In this document: one piece after another, positions 56,466 through 64,000 of the stretch | How the letters are laid out: each line of letters opens with the position of its first letter | Numbering within the stretch: the first letter of the stretch is position 1 | UHGV virus genome: UHGV-1373641 | Source: a virus | Strand: one strand, 5' to 3' | Length of the DNA stretch: 64,000 bases | Made by a program: the position numbers and the translations under genes | The notes under the pieces: model-generated | What the model saw: the letters and a program-made list of their open reading frames with translations, nothing else | Told to the model about the DNA's origin: nothing | Database searches by the model: none

Positions 56466-57515
56466 TTACAGAATTTCAATGCTTCCGGAACAAAAGTCCC
56501 CACGGCCCCAATGAATAAGCGGAGTAGGAGGCAGCGGGTCGCCTACCGCATTAAGCTCAATATATTCCTCCATCAAAGAATCAATAAGAGCAAAAGCTTC
56601 GTCGATATGAATCTTTGCATGTTCAAATTCTTCAAACACGTCGCTCGGCTTTTCTTCCATCTTAGGAATAGGGAGCCCGGAAATATTGAGGCTTTCATTA
56701 TTCAAAGTAAACTCAATATTGATGCCGGAGCCAGCGCAGCAAGTAACCGCTGCCTTTTCCGCACGAAGACCACGCAGAAGGGCCATACGAGCCTCGTGAA
56801 GCTGGTCCGACTTCTCCGTGACCTTCTCCCCGGTTTCCGCCGAACTTACCGTTACAGTGCCGCTCATGGAGCATTCGTAGGAAGTATTCTCGGTGGTGAC
56901 AGGTTTGGTGGGATCATTCTCCATGCGCCACCAGAACCACGTCAGGAACGTCTGGCTATCGACTGTGAAATCAAGGTTTCGAGATTCCACAATTTCTTCG
57001 AGATTCTTAACATTTGGAATCCCGGCGACCAACTTGAACGACGCCCGGAACTTCTCAAAGACACTATTGGAAGTAGCGAAAAGATACCCTTCCCCTGTTT
57101 CGGGATTAAACATGACCGGATAGAAAGAGGGCTTGGCTTTTTCTTCATTGAGCAGTTTGTTCTTCACAGTGACCTGAATGTCCTTACGTTCTTCACGATT
57201 GGGTTTCTTTCCATGAGTTTCGGAGAAACGTTCAATCCGGTCAGAAATTTCACGCTTGAGAAGATTGGGATCTACCCGCTTAGTGTCGGTACGGAAAAAG
57301 AATGCAATAAACCCATTCGCCTTGATGTTGCCTTCGTGGAAATCAGAGGAGCCCCAACGGTCATTAAGGGGGCAGAAGCCTTGCATGGAATCCATTCCCG
57401 CTTCCCACTTTTCCTGAAAACGTGCGGCGTTAAGCCCATTGATGATAGTTTCCAGATTGTCTTCAACTTCGGTGATAAAACGGATAACGGAAACCTTGGA
57501 CTTGAGAATAGACAT
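56466..57515 (-). CDS. RdgC-like recombination-associated protein (tentative)
   Basis: Its size and the composition of the N-terminal region. SD aaggagag. Needs an HMM check. Confidence 0.4.
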   Translation of the reverse strand: MSILKSKVSVIRFITEVEDNLETIINGLNAARFQEKWEAGMDSMQGFCPLNDRWGSSDFHEGNIKANGFIAFFFRTDTKRVDPNLLKREISDRIERFSETHGKKPNREERKDIQVTVKNKLLNEEKAKPSFYPVMFNPETGEGYLFATSNSVFEKFRASFKLVAGIPNVKNLEEIVESRNLDFTVDSQTFLTWFWWRMENDPTKPVTTENTSYECSMSGTVTVSSAETGEKVTEKSDQLHEARMALLRGLRAEKAAVTCCAGSGINIEFTLNNESLNISGLPIPKMEEKPSDVFEEFEHAKIHIDEAFALIDSLMEEYIELNAVGDPLPPTPLIHWGRGDFCSGSIEIL

Positions 57516-57579
57516 ATTTGCTCTCCTTGTTGATGTTTTTTACAACCTATTAAATTACGCTTTTCGTGTCAAGAACTTT

Positions 57580-57768
57580 TTATGCGGAAGGATACCCTTT
57601 TCCATTCCAATAACGTATAGCATTGATTTCATTATCGGATATAGGGCCTCTAGCACGACATTTATTGCATTGCACCTGATAAATATCGACTTTACGATAA
57701 TTCTTTAATCCGGATCGAATTACGAGCTTCCCCTTTCCCCCGCAGTACAAACAGTTTGATATGGTCAT
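57580..57768 (-). CDS. Zn-ribbon mini-protein
   Basis: CLYCGGKG...CNKCRARG. Confidence 0.45.
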   Translation of the reverse strand: MTISNCLYCGGKGKLVIRSGLKNYRKVDIYQVQCNKCRARGPISDNEINAIRYWNGKGYPSA

Positions 57769-57848
57769 AGCGTATCTCTCAGTATAAACGTAGAGTCCCC
57801 GCTCTTTGCTTTTTTTAGCTCGGATGCGGGGACTTTTGTTATAGGGTT

Positions 57849-58151
57849 TTAGTTCTTCTCATTAATCTGGAGTCGGGAGGAAAGCTTCACACGAACACGT
57901 TTTCGTGCGGGCTTACGAACAATTTCTCCGGTAAGGTTTGAACGGAACTCACGGGGGGCCAAGTCTACGACCTTGAAAGTACACAGCCGATGCAGCTTCA
58001 CGCTACGCCCTGCTTTAAGATTGGCATAAATCACCTCGGTATACGCATTGATAACCTTTTCGATATCAGCACGGCGGAATCCGGTAATACGCATGACGGC
58101 ATTCGTCAAATCGCGGCGGCAAACATTGTTGGTCTTTTCATTCTCTGACAT
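57849..58151 (-). CDS. HU/IHF-family DNA-binding protein
   Basis: ...GRSVKLHRLCTFKVVDLAPREFRSNLTGEIVRKPARKRVRVKLS (beta-arm region). Confidence 0.7.
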   Translation of the reverse strand: MSENEKTNNVCRRDLTNAVMRITGFRRADIEKVINAYTEVIYANLKAGRSVKLHRLCTFKVVDLAPREFRSNLTGEIVRKPARKRVRVKLSSRLQINEKN

Positions 58152-58175
58152 TATTTTATTTCCTTATTTTTTTTA

Positions 58176-58835
58176 TTAGAACGGCACATCATCGGAGGAA
58201 GAATCTTCCGAACCACCGTAGGTTACATCGTTATTTTCTTCGGTGCCATAGAGTTCGCCAAGGTCGACGGGAGAGCTTCCGGCAAGACGCTGCCCTTCAC
58301 CAGTCTTTACGACACCCTTGAGGGAAAGGAAGCACCCGGATTCGGTTCCCGGCTTGTCATTATAGTAAACATCCATGATGACATCAGCGATACAGCCCGC
58401 ATAAAGTTCCTTTTCGATTTCTTCTTTCGATTCGAGCTTCCGATAAGTCGTAGGGCCAGTCTTGACACCAAGAGCAATAGGATACTTGTTTTTGACGCTC
58501 ATGAAAACAATATCGTCGCAATCGCCACTCGGCTTGTACTTGCCGTCTCGAAGAGGGAAACCATCCTTACCTTGCTTCGACAGATACGTATCAAAAAATC
58601 CGGGCTCACGGAAATCAACTTTCCACTTCTTCTTATCCGGGCCAGCGCCCTCGGTATAAACTTCCTCAAGCACGGAGCGCACTTTCTTAATCGTGTCTAC
58701 GTCGCTCTTGGGAATGCGCGCTTCAATGCTGTACTGAGGGTCTTTGTTCTTATCATTAGGATTGACTACGGGCTCGGAAAGATGAGGATAAGAAATAGAA
58801 GCCTTGAAAATAACGCGCTTAGTAACTCTTGCCAT
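58176..58835 (-). CDS. DUF2815-family phage ssDNA-binding protein
   Basis: ISYPHLSEP near the N-terminus and an acidic tail ending DDVPF. Confidence 0.65.
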   Translation of the reverse strand: MARVTKRVIFKASISYPHLSEPVVNPNDKNKDPQYSIEARIPKSDVDTIKKVRSVLEEVYTEGAGPDKKKWKVDFREPGFFDTYLSKQGKDGFPLRDGKYKPSGDCDDIVFMSVKNKYPIALGVKTGPTTYRKLESKEEIEKELYAGCIADVIMDVYYNDKPGTESGCFLSLKGVVKTGEGQRLAGSSPVDLGELYGTEENNDVTYGGSEDSSSDDVPF

Positions 58836-58836
58836 T

Positions 58837-60099
58837 TTAGTTTTCCTCTTGTTGCGAATAAAATTCGTCGATAGATGTTAATGGATTTACGGATTTACGT
58901 TTATCGTTTTCTGGTTTTAATTCCATACCGGATTCCGGTCTAAATGAGTAGAGATCAATTTCCTCTCCTGTCAAAATACCTTCTAACTTAGATGGCGATT
59001 TTAACTTTCTCTCCTCAAAAATTTCATCTCCATATTTCAAACTTAGCTCTTGGGCGGTGAGCGCATTGTCCCTCCAAACTCGTCTCGATTTTCTTTTTTT
59101 AACTAGCTTAAACCCCGGAACTAATCTTCCAGCGACAGCGTCTTCATAAGCGGATTTTGCTACCGCTTCGATCCAAGGGGCGTACACAATCGATAGATGC
59201 AATATACGAGACTTTTCTTCACTTGTCAAGTGTCTTGGGTCTGGAAGTTCAATATTTTTTTTCTTTTCTTCTATATAGTTGTTATAATTTACTAAATATC
59301 CAAGGTCTTTTTCGATCTGAGGACAAACTCCAAAAGCCGGGCACCATTTACAGTGATCTCCTGATGAAAATTCGGCATCAGGGTCTTCTGTCTTTTCCAC
59401 CGCAGGACGTAATTCCGTTTCAGCCCAGAGATAGAGGTCATCGATCTTTAAACTATACGAACTTACTCCAAAACAATCGTTTCTCGGCTGGACAATAACC
59501 ATTACTACTTCGTCAAAGTCGTCATTCGATAACGGCTCTCCTACAATACCCAAAGCATAATATTTCATTTGGGAATTATCGATGGCGGTTACTGGCGTGC
59601 TCTTTCCATATTTTAGGTCGAATACATAGAGTCTCCTATTCTTATAATCTTTGTAATTACAGTCGCATGTACCGAACATCCCTTCCTTTATCCAAGTAAG
59701 AGCGAATTTTTCCTCGACGGACAGCTTCTTGCTATCCCCTTTCTCAAACTTTTCAAAATGGACATTTTCGGTGTCGATTTGAACAAGGTCGCCATTCTCG
59801 TCCATCCACAATTTTTGATTATGAACTACGTAAAGAATGTGGCCTACGTAAAGAGAGACGCTTTTTATCATCTCTTCTTCTATCTCAAAGGAATCTCCCT
59901 TTACGTAGATCTTTTTTCCTTTCTTACAGGCGGGATACATCTCATTTTTAAGGCAGAACTCCGCTAGAGCATGTGCAGCAGTGCCCTCTCTTGCTGCAAG
60001 GCTGTCTTCATTTTTGAGCCCAACACTCATCCTGACGGAAGCGGGACACGCCATCCATCTTTCTGAGGAAGAGGCTCCTATCCTGCTATGTTTTCCCAA
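58837..60099 (-). CDS. DUF2800 / Cas4-like PD-(D/E)XK nuclease with a C-terminal Cys cluster
   Basis: SSSERWMACPAS, GTAAHAL, DLKYGK, C-terminal CKWCPAFGVCP. Apparent TTG start. Confidence 0.65.
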   Translation of the reverse strand: MGKHSRIGASSSERWMACPASVRMSVGLKNEDSLAAREGTAAHALAEFCLKNEMYPACKKGKKIYVKGDSFEIEEEMIKSVSLYVGHILYVVHNQKLWMDENGDLVQIDTENVHFEKFEKGDSKKLSVEEKFALTWIKEGMFGTCDCNYKDYKNRRLYVFDLKYGKSTPVTAIDNSQMKYYALGIVGEPLSNDDFDEVVMVIVQPRNDCFGVSSYSLKIDDLYLWAETELRPAVEKTEDPDAEFSSGDHCKWCPAFGVCPQIEKDLGYLVNYNNYIEEKKKNIELPDPRHLTSEEKSRILHLSIVYAPWIEAVAKSAYEDAVAGRLVPGFKLVKKRKSRRVWRDNALTAQELSLKYGDEIFEERKLKSPSKLEGILTGEEIDLYSFRPESGMELKPENDKRKSVNPLTSIDEFYSQQEEN

Positions 60100-60120
60100 T
60101 ACATTTACCTTTCATTTTTT

Positions 60121-60924
60121 TTATTCATTGGTTGAATTATGGTCTTCTCGCAAAAGATCTATGTGATTATGAAGTTTCGTCACAATCGTATTGTAATATT
60201 TCTCCTCAACTTCAATGACTTTGCGAGTTACACCCGTCACATTTTGAAGAATATCGGCAAGCATTCTATGGGACGTATCAAGATCTCTGCCAGTCCGCAT
60301 TACCCGACTGCAATACCGCTTGCACTCATCCAGAAATTCTGCGGGAGTATAAGTTCTTTCGGGCTCTTCCTCAAACTTGAGCGGAGCGGAAGGAACATCC
60401 ACATAGTCCTCTTCTTCGGAGGCACAGCCTTCCCCGCCGTTATATTCTTCCTGCCCGGTCTTCTGCAAAATAGTCGCCGCAGGGTCTTCCATGACTGGAG
60501 GAACATCGTCATTTTCGATAATTTCGGGTTCAGGTTCTTTGGTGGTTTCTTCGACAGTGTTATCGGAATCTTCTACGAGCTTCTTCAATGTGGCAAGACG
60601 TGCACGAGGAGAAAACTCGATGCCACGTTCGGTAAGAATAGACTTCAAATGCTCACGTTCTTCGTCACTATTCGTAGGCTTGTTTTCTACGTCAGATGCC
60701 TCTTCTTCATTTTCAACGGGCTTATCTTCGATGGAAGACGTGTTCTTTTCATCTTTCGTATCAATCTTTTCTACCACTTGTTCGGGTTTATGTGGATCGG
60801 TAGGATTGGGCGATTCTACTGCTTCATTAAATCCGGACTTCATTCCTCCAAGACGCAAGAAAAACTCGGCAACCGCTTCGGGGGAACCTTCCACATTTAC
60901 TCGGATATTATCAGATGCCCACAT
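60121..60924 (-). CDS. Acidic hypothetical protein
   Basis: SD aaaggagag. Asp/Glu-rich central region. Confidence 0.45.
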   Translation of the reverse strand: MWASDNIRVNVEGSPEAVAEFFLRLGGMKSGFNEAVESPNPTDPHKPEQVVEKIDTKDEKNTSSIEDKPVENEEEASDVENKPTNSDEEREHLKSILTERGIEFSPRARLATLKKLVEDSDNTVEETTKEPEPEIIENDDVPPVMEDPAATILQKTGQEEYNGGEGCASEEEDYVDVPSAPLKFEEEPERTYTPAEFLDECKRYCSRVMRTGRDLDTSHRMLADILQNVTGVTRKVIEVEEKYYNTIVTKLHNHIDLLREDHNSTNE

Positions 60925-60943
60925 TAAGTTCTCTCTCCTTTAA

Positions 60944-61441
60944 TTATTTATTAAAAAAATTTTCAAAAATAAGGTCTGCAAGCTCAGATTCCGACATACT
61001 TTTTATAAGAATAGCTAAAGACTTTCTTTCCTCCACAGGAATATTTTCCAAAGAATCTAAAATTTCAGGGATAAGAACTTCTTTCACATAAACGGAAATT
61101 ATGGCTAGTTTACTCGGATCTCTGAAAATAAGTTCCTCCTTATTTCGCATGGCATAGGAACCAATTTCTCTTTCAAGGCCCATAAATTTTGCGCCATGCA
61201 AAACCAATCTTTCATATTCGGAGCTTTCTTGACATTTAATAAGTTTAACGTACTTTTTAATAAGAGGAAGATATGACCTGCCATGACAATCTTCTTCTTT
61301 CACTAATGCAAACCCCAATTCCCTACGAGCTTTCAAAGAAATCTCTTCCATAAAACATGGATTTCCATCAAGAACAGAGGTTAGGATATCACGAAATTCA
61401 CCTATCTCCACACCTACGATACTATCAAAATTAAGCTTCAT
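60944..61441 (-). CDS. Hypothetical protein
   Basis: ORF. Confidence 0.45.
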   Translation of the reverse strand: MKLNFDSIVGVEIGEFRDILTSVLDGNPCFMEEISLKARRELGFALVKEEDCHGRSYLPLIKKYVKLIKCQESSEYERLVLHGAKFMGLEREIGSYAMRNKEELIFRDPSKLAIISVYVKEVLIPEILDSLENIPVEERKSLAILIKSMSESELADLIFENFFNK

Positions 61442-61455
61442 ATTATCCCTATTTA

Positions 61456-63054
61456 TTAATTTAAAATTTTATCTGCAATTTCCTGTTTATGAATAAGCAT
61501 GGAACAAAGTTCTTTATCAAGGGATTTTTCTAAGACTAAATGCTGAACAAGCACATAATCCGCTGTAGCCCCGATTCGTACACAACGATCCTCAGCTTGA
61601 CTCATAAGACCGGGCACAAATGCCAATTCTACAAATATCACTATTGAGCTTTTTGTCAAGGTGTATCCGACACCAGCAGCTTGGATATTTCCGATAAAAA
61701 GATGCACATTATCATTTTCTTGAAATGAATCAACACTTTCCTGCTTTTGTTTGTCCGACATTCCTCCTACAACTTTTACGGGATTGTACTCTTTAAGCTC
61801 GTCAGTTAGTAAATCAACAACAGCCCTATGATGCGCGAAAACGACGACTTTGTCAACCCCCTCAAGCAAATCTTTTAAATATTCTACACAAAATGGGATT
61901 TTGCTCAATGCAACTTCCTTGCGCTTTGCCGCCATCTCGGTAAACGCGACTCCCTCACCAAACTCCATCTGGCGCACGCATTCTTCGTATCCATAAAGAT
62001 CACATAATTTAGCCCATCGTTTGGCTTCTTCTTTGATAGCTGCCTTACAATCTTTCGTTTCCAAAGGTATTTCGATAAGTTGTCTTCTTTTCTTGGGAAG
62101 CTGCGGAAGCACATCTGATTTCAATCTTCGAATCATCATCGACCCACGGAGCTTCTCAGATAAGGATGGAAGATTGCTAGCTCCACTCATATTGAGTACG
62201 GATTTTTTTACCGCATGTCCTTTTTGCTTATCATATATGTATATATCTTCATAATGTGCGGAACAATACTCGAATGCAAACGCGAATTTATTAGGCCATC
62301 TTTTTTCGTCAAGACAGTTCAGGAGCGGGAATAATTCTATGGGCCTATTCACCAAAGGAGTTCCGGTCATCAAGACTTTCCGAAATGCTTTTTTTGCGAG
62401 ATGAAGCGATTGAATAGTCTTTTTCGCTTCGTCATTCTTACAATTGTGAGCTTCGTCAATAGCCACGACATCGTATTTTCTCTTGTCGAGGAAAGGGAAT
62501 ACGTTCGGCCTCCATACACTCGAAAAGCTTACGATATGCGCGAAAGCCTCATCGTCTTTAGGGTCCAAAGTTACTTTACGGGATTTATCGACAAGCCATT
62601 TATCCAATTCCCTTTTCCAATTCAGCCGGAGAGATGATGGACATATAATTAAAGCTCTCTTTATTTCCGGAAGGCTGTTCAGATATCCGGCAATCTGAAT
62701 GGTTTTCCCCGTTCCCGGTTCATCAGCAAGTAAGACTCCGGGGTTCCTCATCATATATTCTATACCTGCCAACTGATAATCTAAATACTGCAAGCCTTCA
62801 TTAGATGGTACGGAAAATCCTTTCGACGGAGCTGTGGCCCAAGAAAAATCCCATTTTTCTGAAAAACTCTCAAGAATGCTTCTAGTCCTGTAATCGTGAG
62901 AACTTTCTATAAATTCCTTCGCAATCCTGAATAGCTTTGTCTCGAACCAATCTTCTTCCTTATTATATGTTACGTGTTTCATTTTACTAAGGGCACCCCG
63001 TTCTTCCTGTGTATGTGCCCGTATTTGAAAAAGTTTTCCGTTATACCTCAACCT
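61456..63054 (-). CDS. SNF2-family (SF2) helicase
   Basis: LADEPGTGKTIQ (motif I), VAIDEAHNCKN (DEAH), a C-terminal helicase-C region. The start MRLRYNG follows SD ggaggg. Confidence 0.75.
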   Translation of the reverse strand, partial: RLRYNGKLFQIRAHTQEERGALSKMKHVTYNKEEDWFETKLFRIAKEFIESSHDYRTRSILESFSEKWDFSWATAPSKGFSVPSNEGLQYLDYQLAGIEYMMRNPGVLLADEPGTGKTIQIAGYLNSLPEIKRALIICPSSLRLNWKRELDKWLVDKSRKVTLDPKDDEAFAHIVSFSSVWRPNVFPFLDKRKYDVVAIDEAHNCKNDEAKKTIQSLHLAKKAFRKVLMTGTPLVNRPIELFPLLNCLDEKRWPNKFAFAFEYCSAHYEDIYIYDKQKGHAVKKSVLNMSGASNLPSLSEKLRGSMMIRRLKSDVLPQLPKKRRQLIEIPLETKDCKAAIKEEAKRWAKLCDLYGYEECVRQMEFGEGVAFTEMAAKRKEVALSKIPFCVEYLKDLLEGVDKVVVFAHHRAVVDLLTDELKEYNPVKVVGGMSDKQKQESVDSFQENDNVHLFIGNIQAAGVGYTLTKSSIVIFVELAFVPGLMSQAEDRCVRIGATADYVLVQHLVLEKSLDKELCSMLIHKQEIADKILN

Positions 63055-63123
63055 CATAATTCCCTCCAAATCTGTGATTTTTTCAAAGTAACCTATCCAA
63101 CCAAAAAATTCAAGACTTTTCCC

Positions 63124-63152
63124 TTGACAAAAACTTCTTCGTGAAATAGTAT
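63124..63152 (+). promoter_or_regulatory. Sigma70-like promoter TTGACA-N17-TAGTAT (fourth copy of the motif)
   Basis: ttgacaaaaacttcttcgtgaaatagtat. Confidence 0.55.
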
Positions 63153-63177
63153 GGGAAAAAATTGAGGAGGATGAATT

Positions 63178-63498
63178 ATGGATTATCATTGGGTAGACAT
63201 ATCGACATGCGGGCAAGAAAGGTATCTCCTTCGTACGAAAAGCGTGATAAGTCCAGATGCGACTGTTTTTAAAGATGAAAAAGGAAATTGGGGATTTACA
63301 GCATTTGGTAGGACGTTTCTGTCGAGTTCGAGACATGTAACTAAATATAGAGCGATGCAAAATTGCGAAAAACTTATCCGCTCGGAGTTAAAGTCTCTTT
63401 TAGATGAACTTACTCCAACGGAAAATGTCTCTATCGATGATGAAGAGAATCCATATCTCTCTACTATCGAAAAACTGAAATCTATATTTCATATGTAA
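63178..63498 (+). CDS. Hypothetical protein
   Basis: SD gaggagg. Confidence 0.5.
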   Translation: MDYHWVDISTCGQERYLLRTKSVISPDATVFKDEKGNWGFTAFGRTFLSSSRHVTKYRAMQNCEKLIRSELKSLLDELTPTENVSIDDEENPYLSTIEKLKSIFHM

Positions 63499-63509
63499 GG
63501 AGAACACAG

Positions 63510-63666
63510 ATGGAAACTATTATGACACTTTTGTATGGTGGCCTGATTTCTTTTGCTGCGGTCATCATTTGTGTTTTTATCATCCCTGTACCTAATAAAG
63601 AAAAACTCGAAAAAGAATGGGAAGAGGAGGCTCTTAAAAATGGATTCAAAAATTGGAACGTGTAAG
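63510..63666 (+). CDS. 51-aa hydrophobic peptide (not in the ORF track)
   Basis: SD aaggagaa plus ATG. LLYGGLISFAAVIICVFIIPV. Confidence 0.3.
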
Positions 63667-63870
63667 TGCGCCTATGTGGATATTCCTGAAAATGAAAATA
63701 GGCTTGTTGTACGATGCGTAAGATTTGTTTACAAAAATCCTGAAAATGAAGATGAAGTAATCGCGCCTATCACTTCTGGCGAGGTATGCTCCGTTTGTAG
63801 GGAATATGAGCCTTTCATTGAAGATACTGAAAATACCGATGATTCCGAAATTGAATTTGAAACACTTTAA
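63640..63870 (+). CDS. Zn-ribbon hypothetical protein
   Basis: SD gggaagaggagg plus ATG. CKC...CSVC. Confidence 0.45.
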   Translation: MDSKIGTCKCAYVDIPENENRLVVRCVRFVYKNPENEDEVIAPITSGEVCSVCREYEPFIEDTENTDDSEIEFETL

Positions 63871-63890
63871 TAGGACGCTTCATGATTATA

Positions 63891-64000
63891 AAAGACCTGC
63901 GGCATTGCCCTGAAAAATACGATGTCATTTACGCGGACCCGCCTTGGAGCTATTCCAATAAAGGTCTTAATGGCTCGGCAGAAAAACATTATTCTACTAT
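63891..64000 (+). CDS. N6-adenine DNA methyltransferase (MT-A70 / phage Dam-like), 5' part only
   Basis: VIYADPPWSYSNKG contains the DPPW motif. Truncated by the window end. Confidence 0.65.

Noticed and set aside
57780-57848. Hairpin gtccccgc...gcggggac as a terminator for the HU gene
   Set aside because: The U-tract lies on the + strand side, while all flanking genes are on the minus strand. Its function is uncertain, so it was not called.
1-64000. Integrase, repressor, attP (a temperate lifestyle)
   Set aside because: No tyrosine or serine recombinase and no CI/Cro-like HTH pair was recognisable among the ORFs. The ImmA-like piece is a catalytically incomplete fragment. A virulent lifestyle is likely, but regions outside the window were not examined.

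Overview
The window is a 64-kb stretch of a tailed dsDNA phage genome (siphovirus-like), about 40% GC, with no integrase or repressor recognisable. A 'HK97-like' head module sits next to a lambda-like tail. Genes have strong AGGAGG-type RBSs and sigma70-like TTGACA-N17-TAnnnT promoters. Coordinates 1 to about 11,800 form a rightward (+) arm of some 30 small genes, mostly Cys-rich or Zn-ribbon ORFans. Identifiable calls there are an SPFH/band-7 protein with a membrane partner, a truncated ImmA/IrrE-like fragment, a REC-like domain protein, three tandem paralogs and an HNH endonuclease. From about 63,054 down to 11,898 one long leftward (-) arm runs in this order. First a replication and recombination module: SNF2 helicase, Cas4-like DUF2800 nuclease, DUF2815 SSB, HU, RdgC-like protein and a family-A DNA polymerase. 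Then a nucleotide/RNA module: RtcB, ThyX-like protein, dUTPase and NrdD/NrdG. Then the virion genes: portal, prohead protease, HK97-fold capsid, head-tail connector proteins, major tail protein, a G/GT chaperone pair with a -1 frameshift, a tape measure protein, a lambda-like M-L-K-I/J tail tip, fibers and a chaperone. The arm ends with a GC-rich island and a large terminase that converges on the HNH gene. Three essential enzymes each carry an intein: TerL in the P-loop, NrdD, and PolA in motif B. The most promising places for undescribed biology are listed here. (1) A repeated four-cysteine 'CP..CPF..C.EI..DW' module family, found in one 517-aa protein and two mini-proteins. (2) A conserved promoter/leader architecture with tandem CACGAA-type repeats. 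(3) A second gene that fuses the major-tail-protein N-domain to a fiber-like C-terminus. (4) A GC-rich two-gene island. (5) A reverse-strand membrane-protein moron inside the tail operon. A partial N6-adenine DNA methyltransferase gene (DPPW motif) begins at the right edge of the window.
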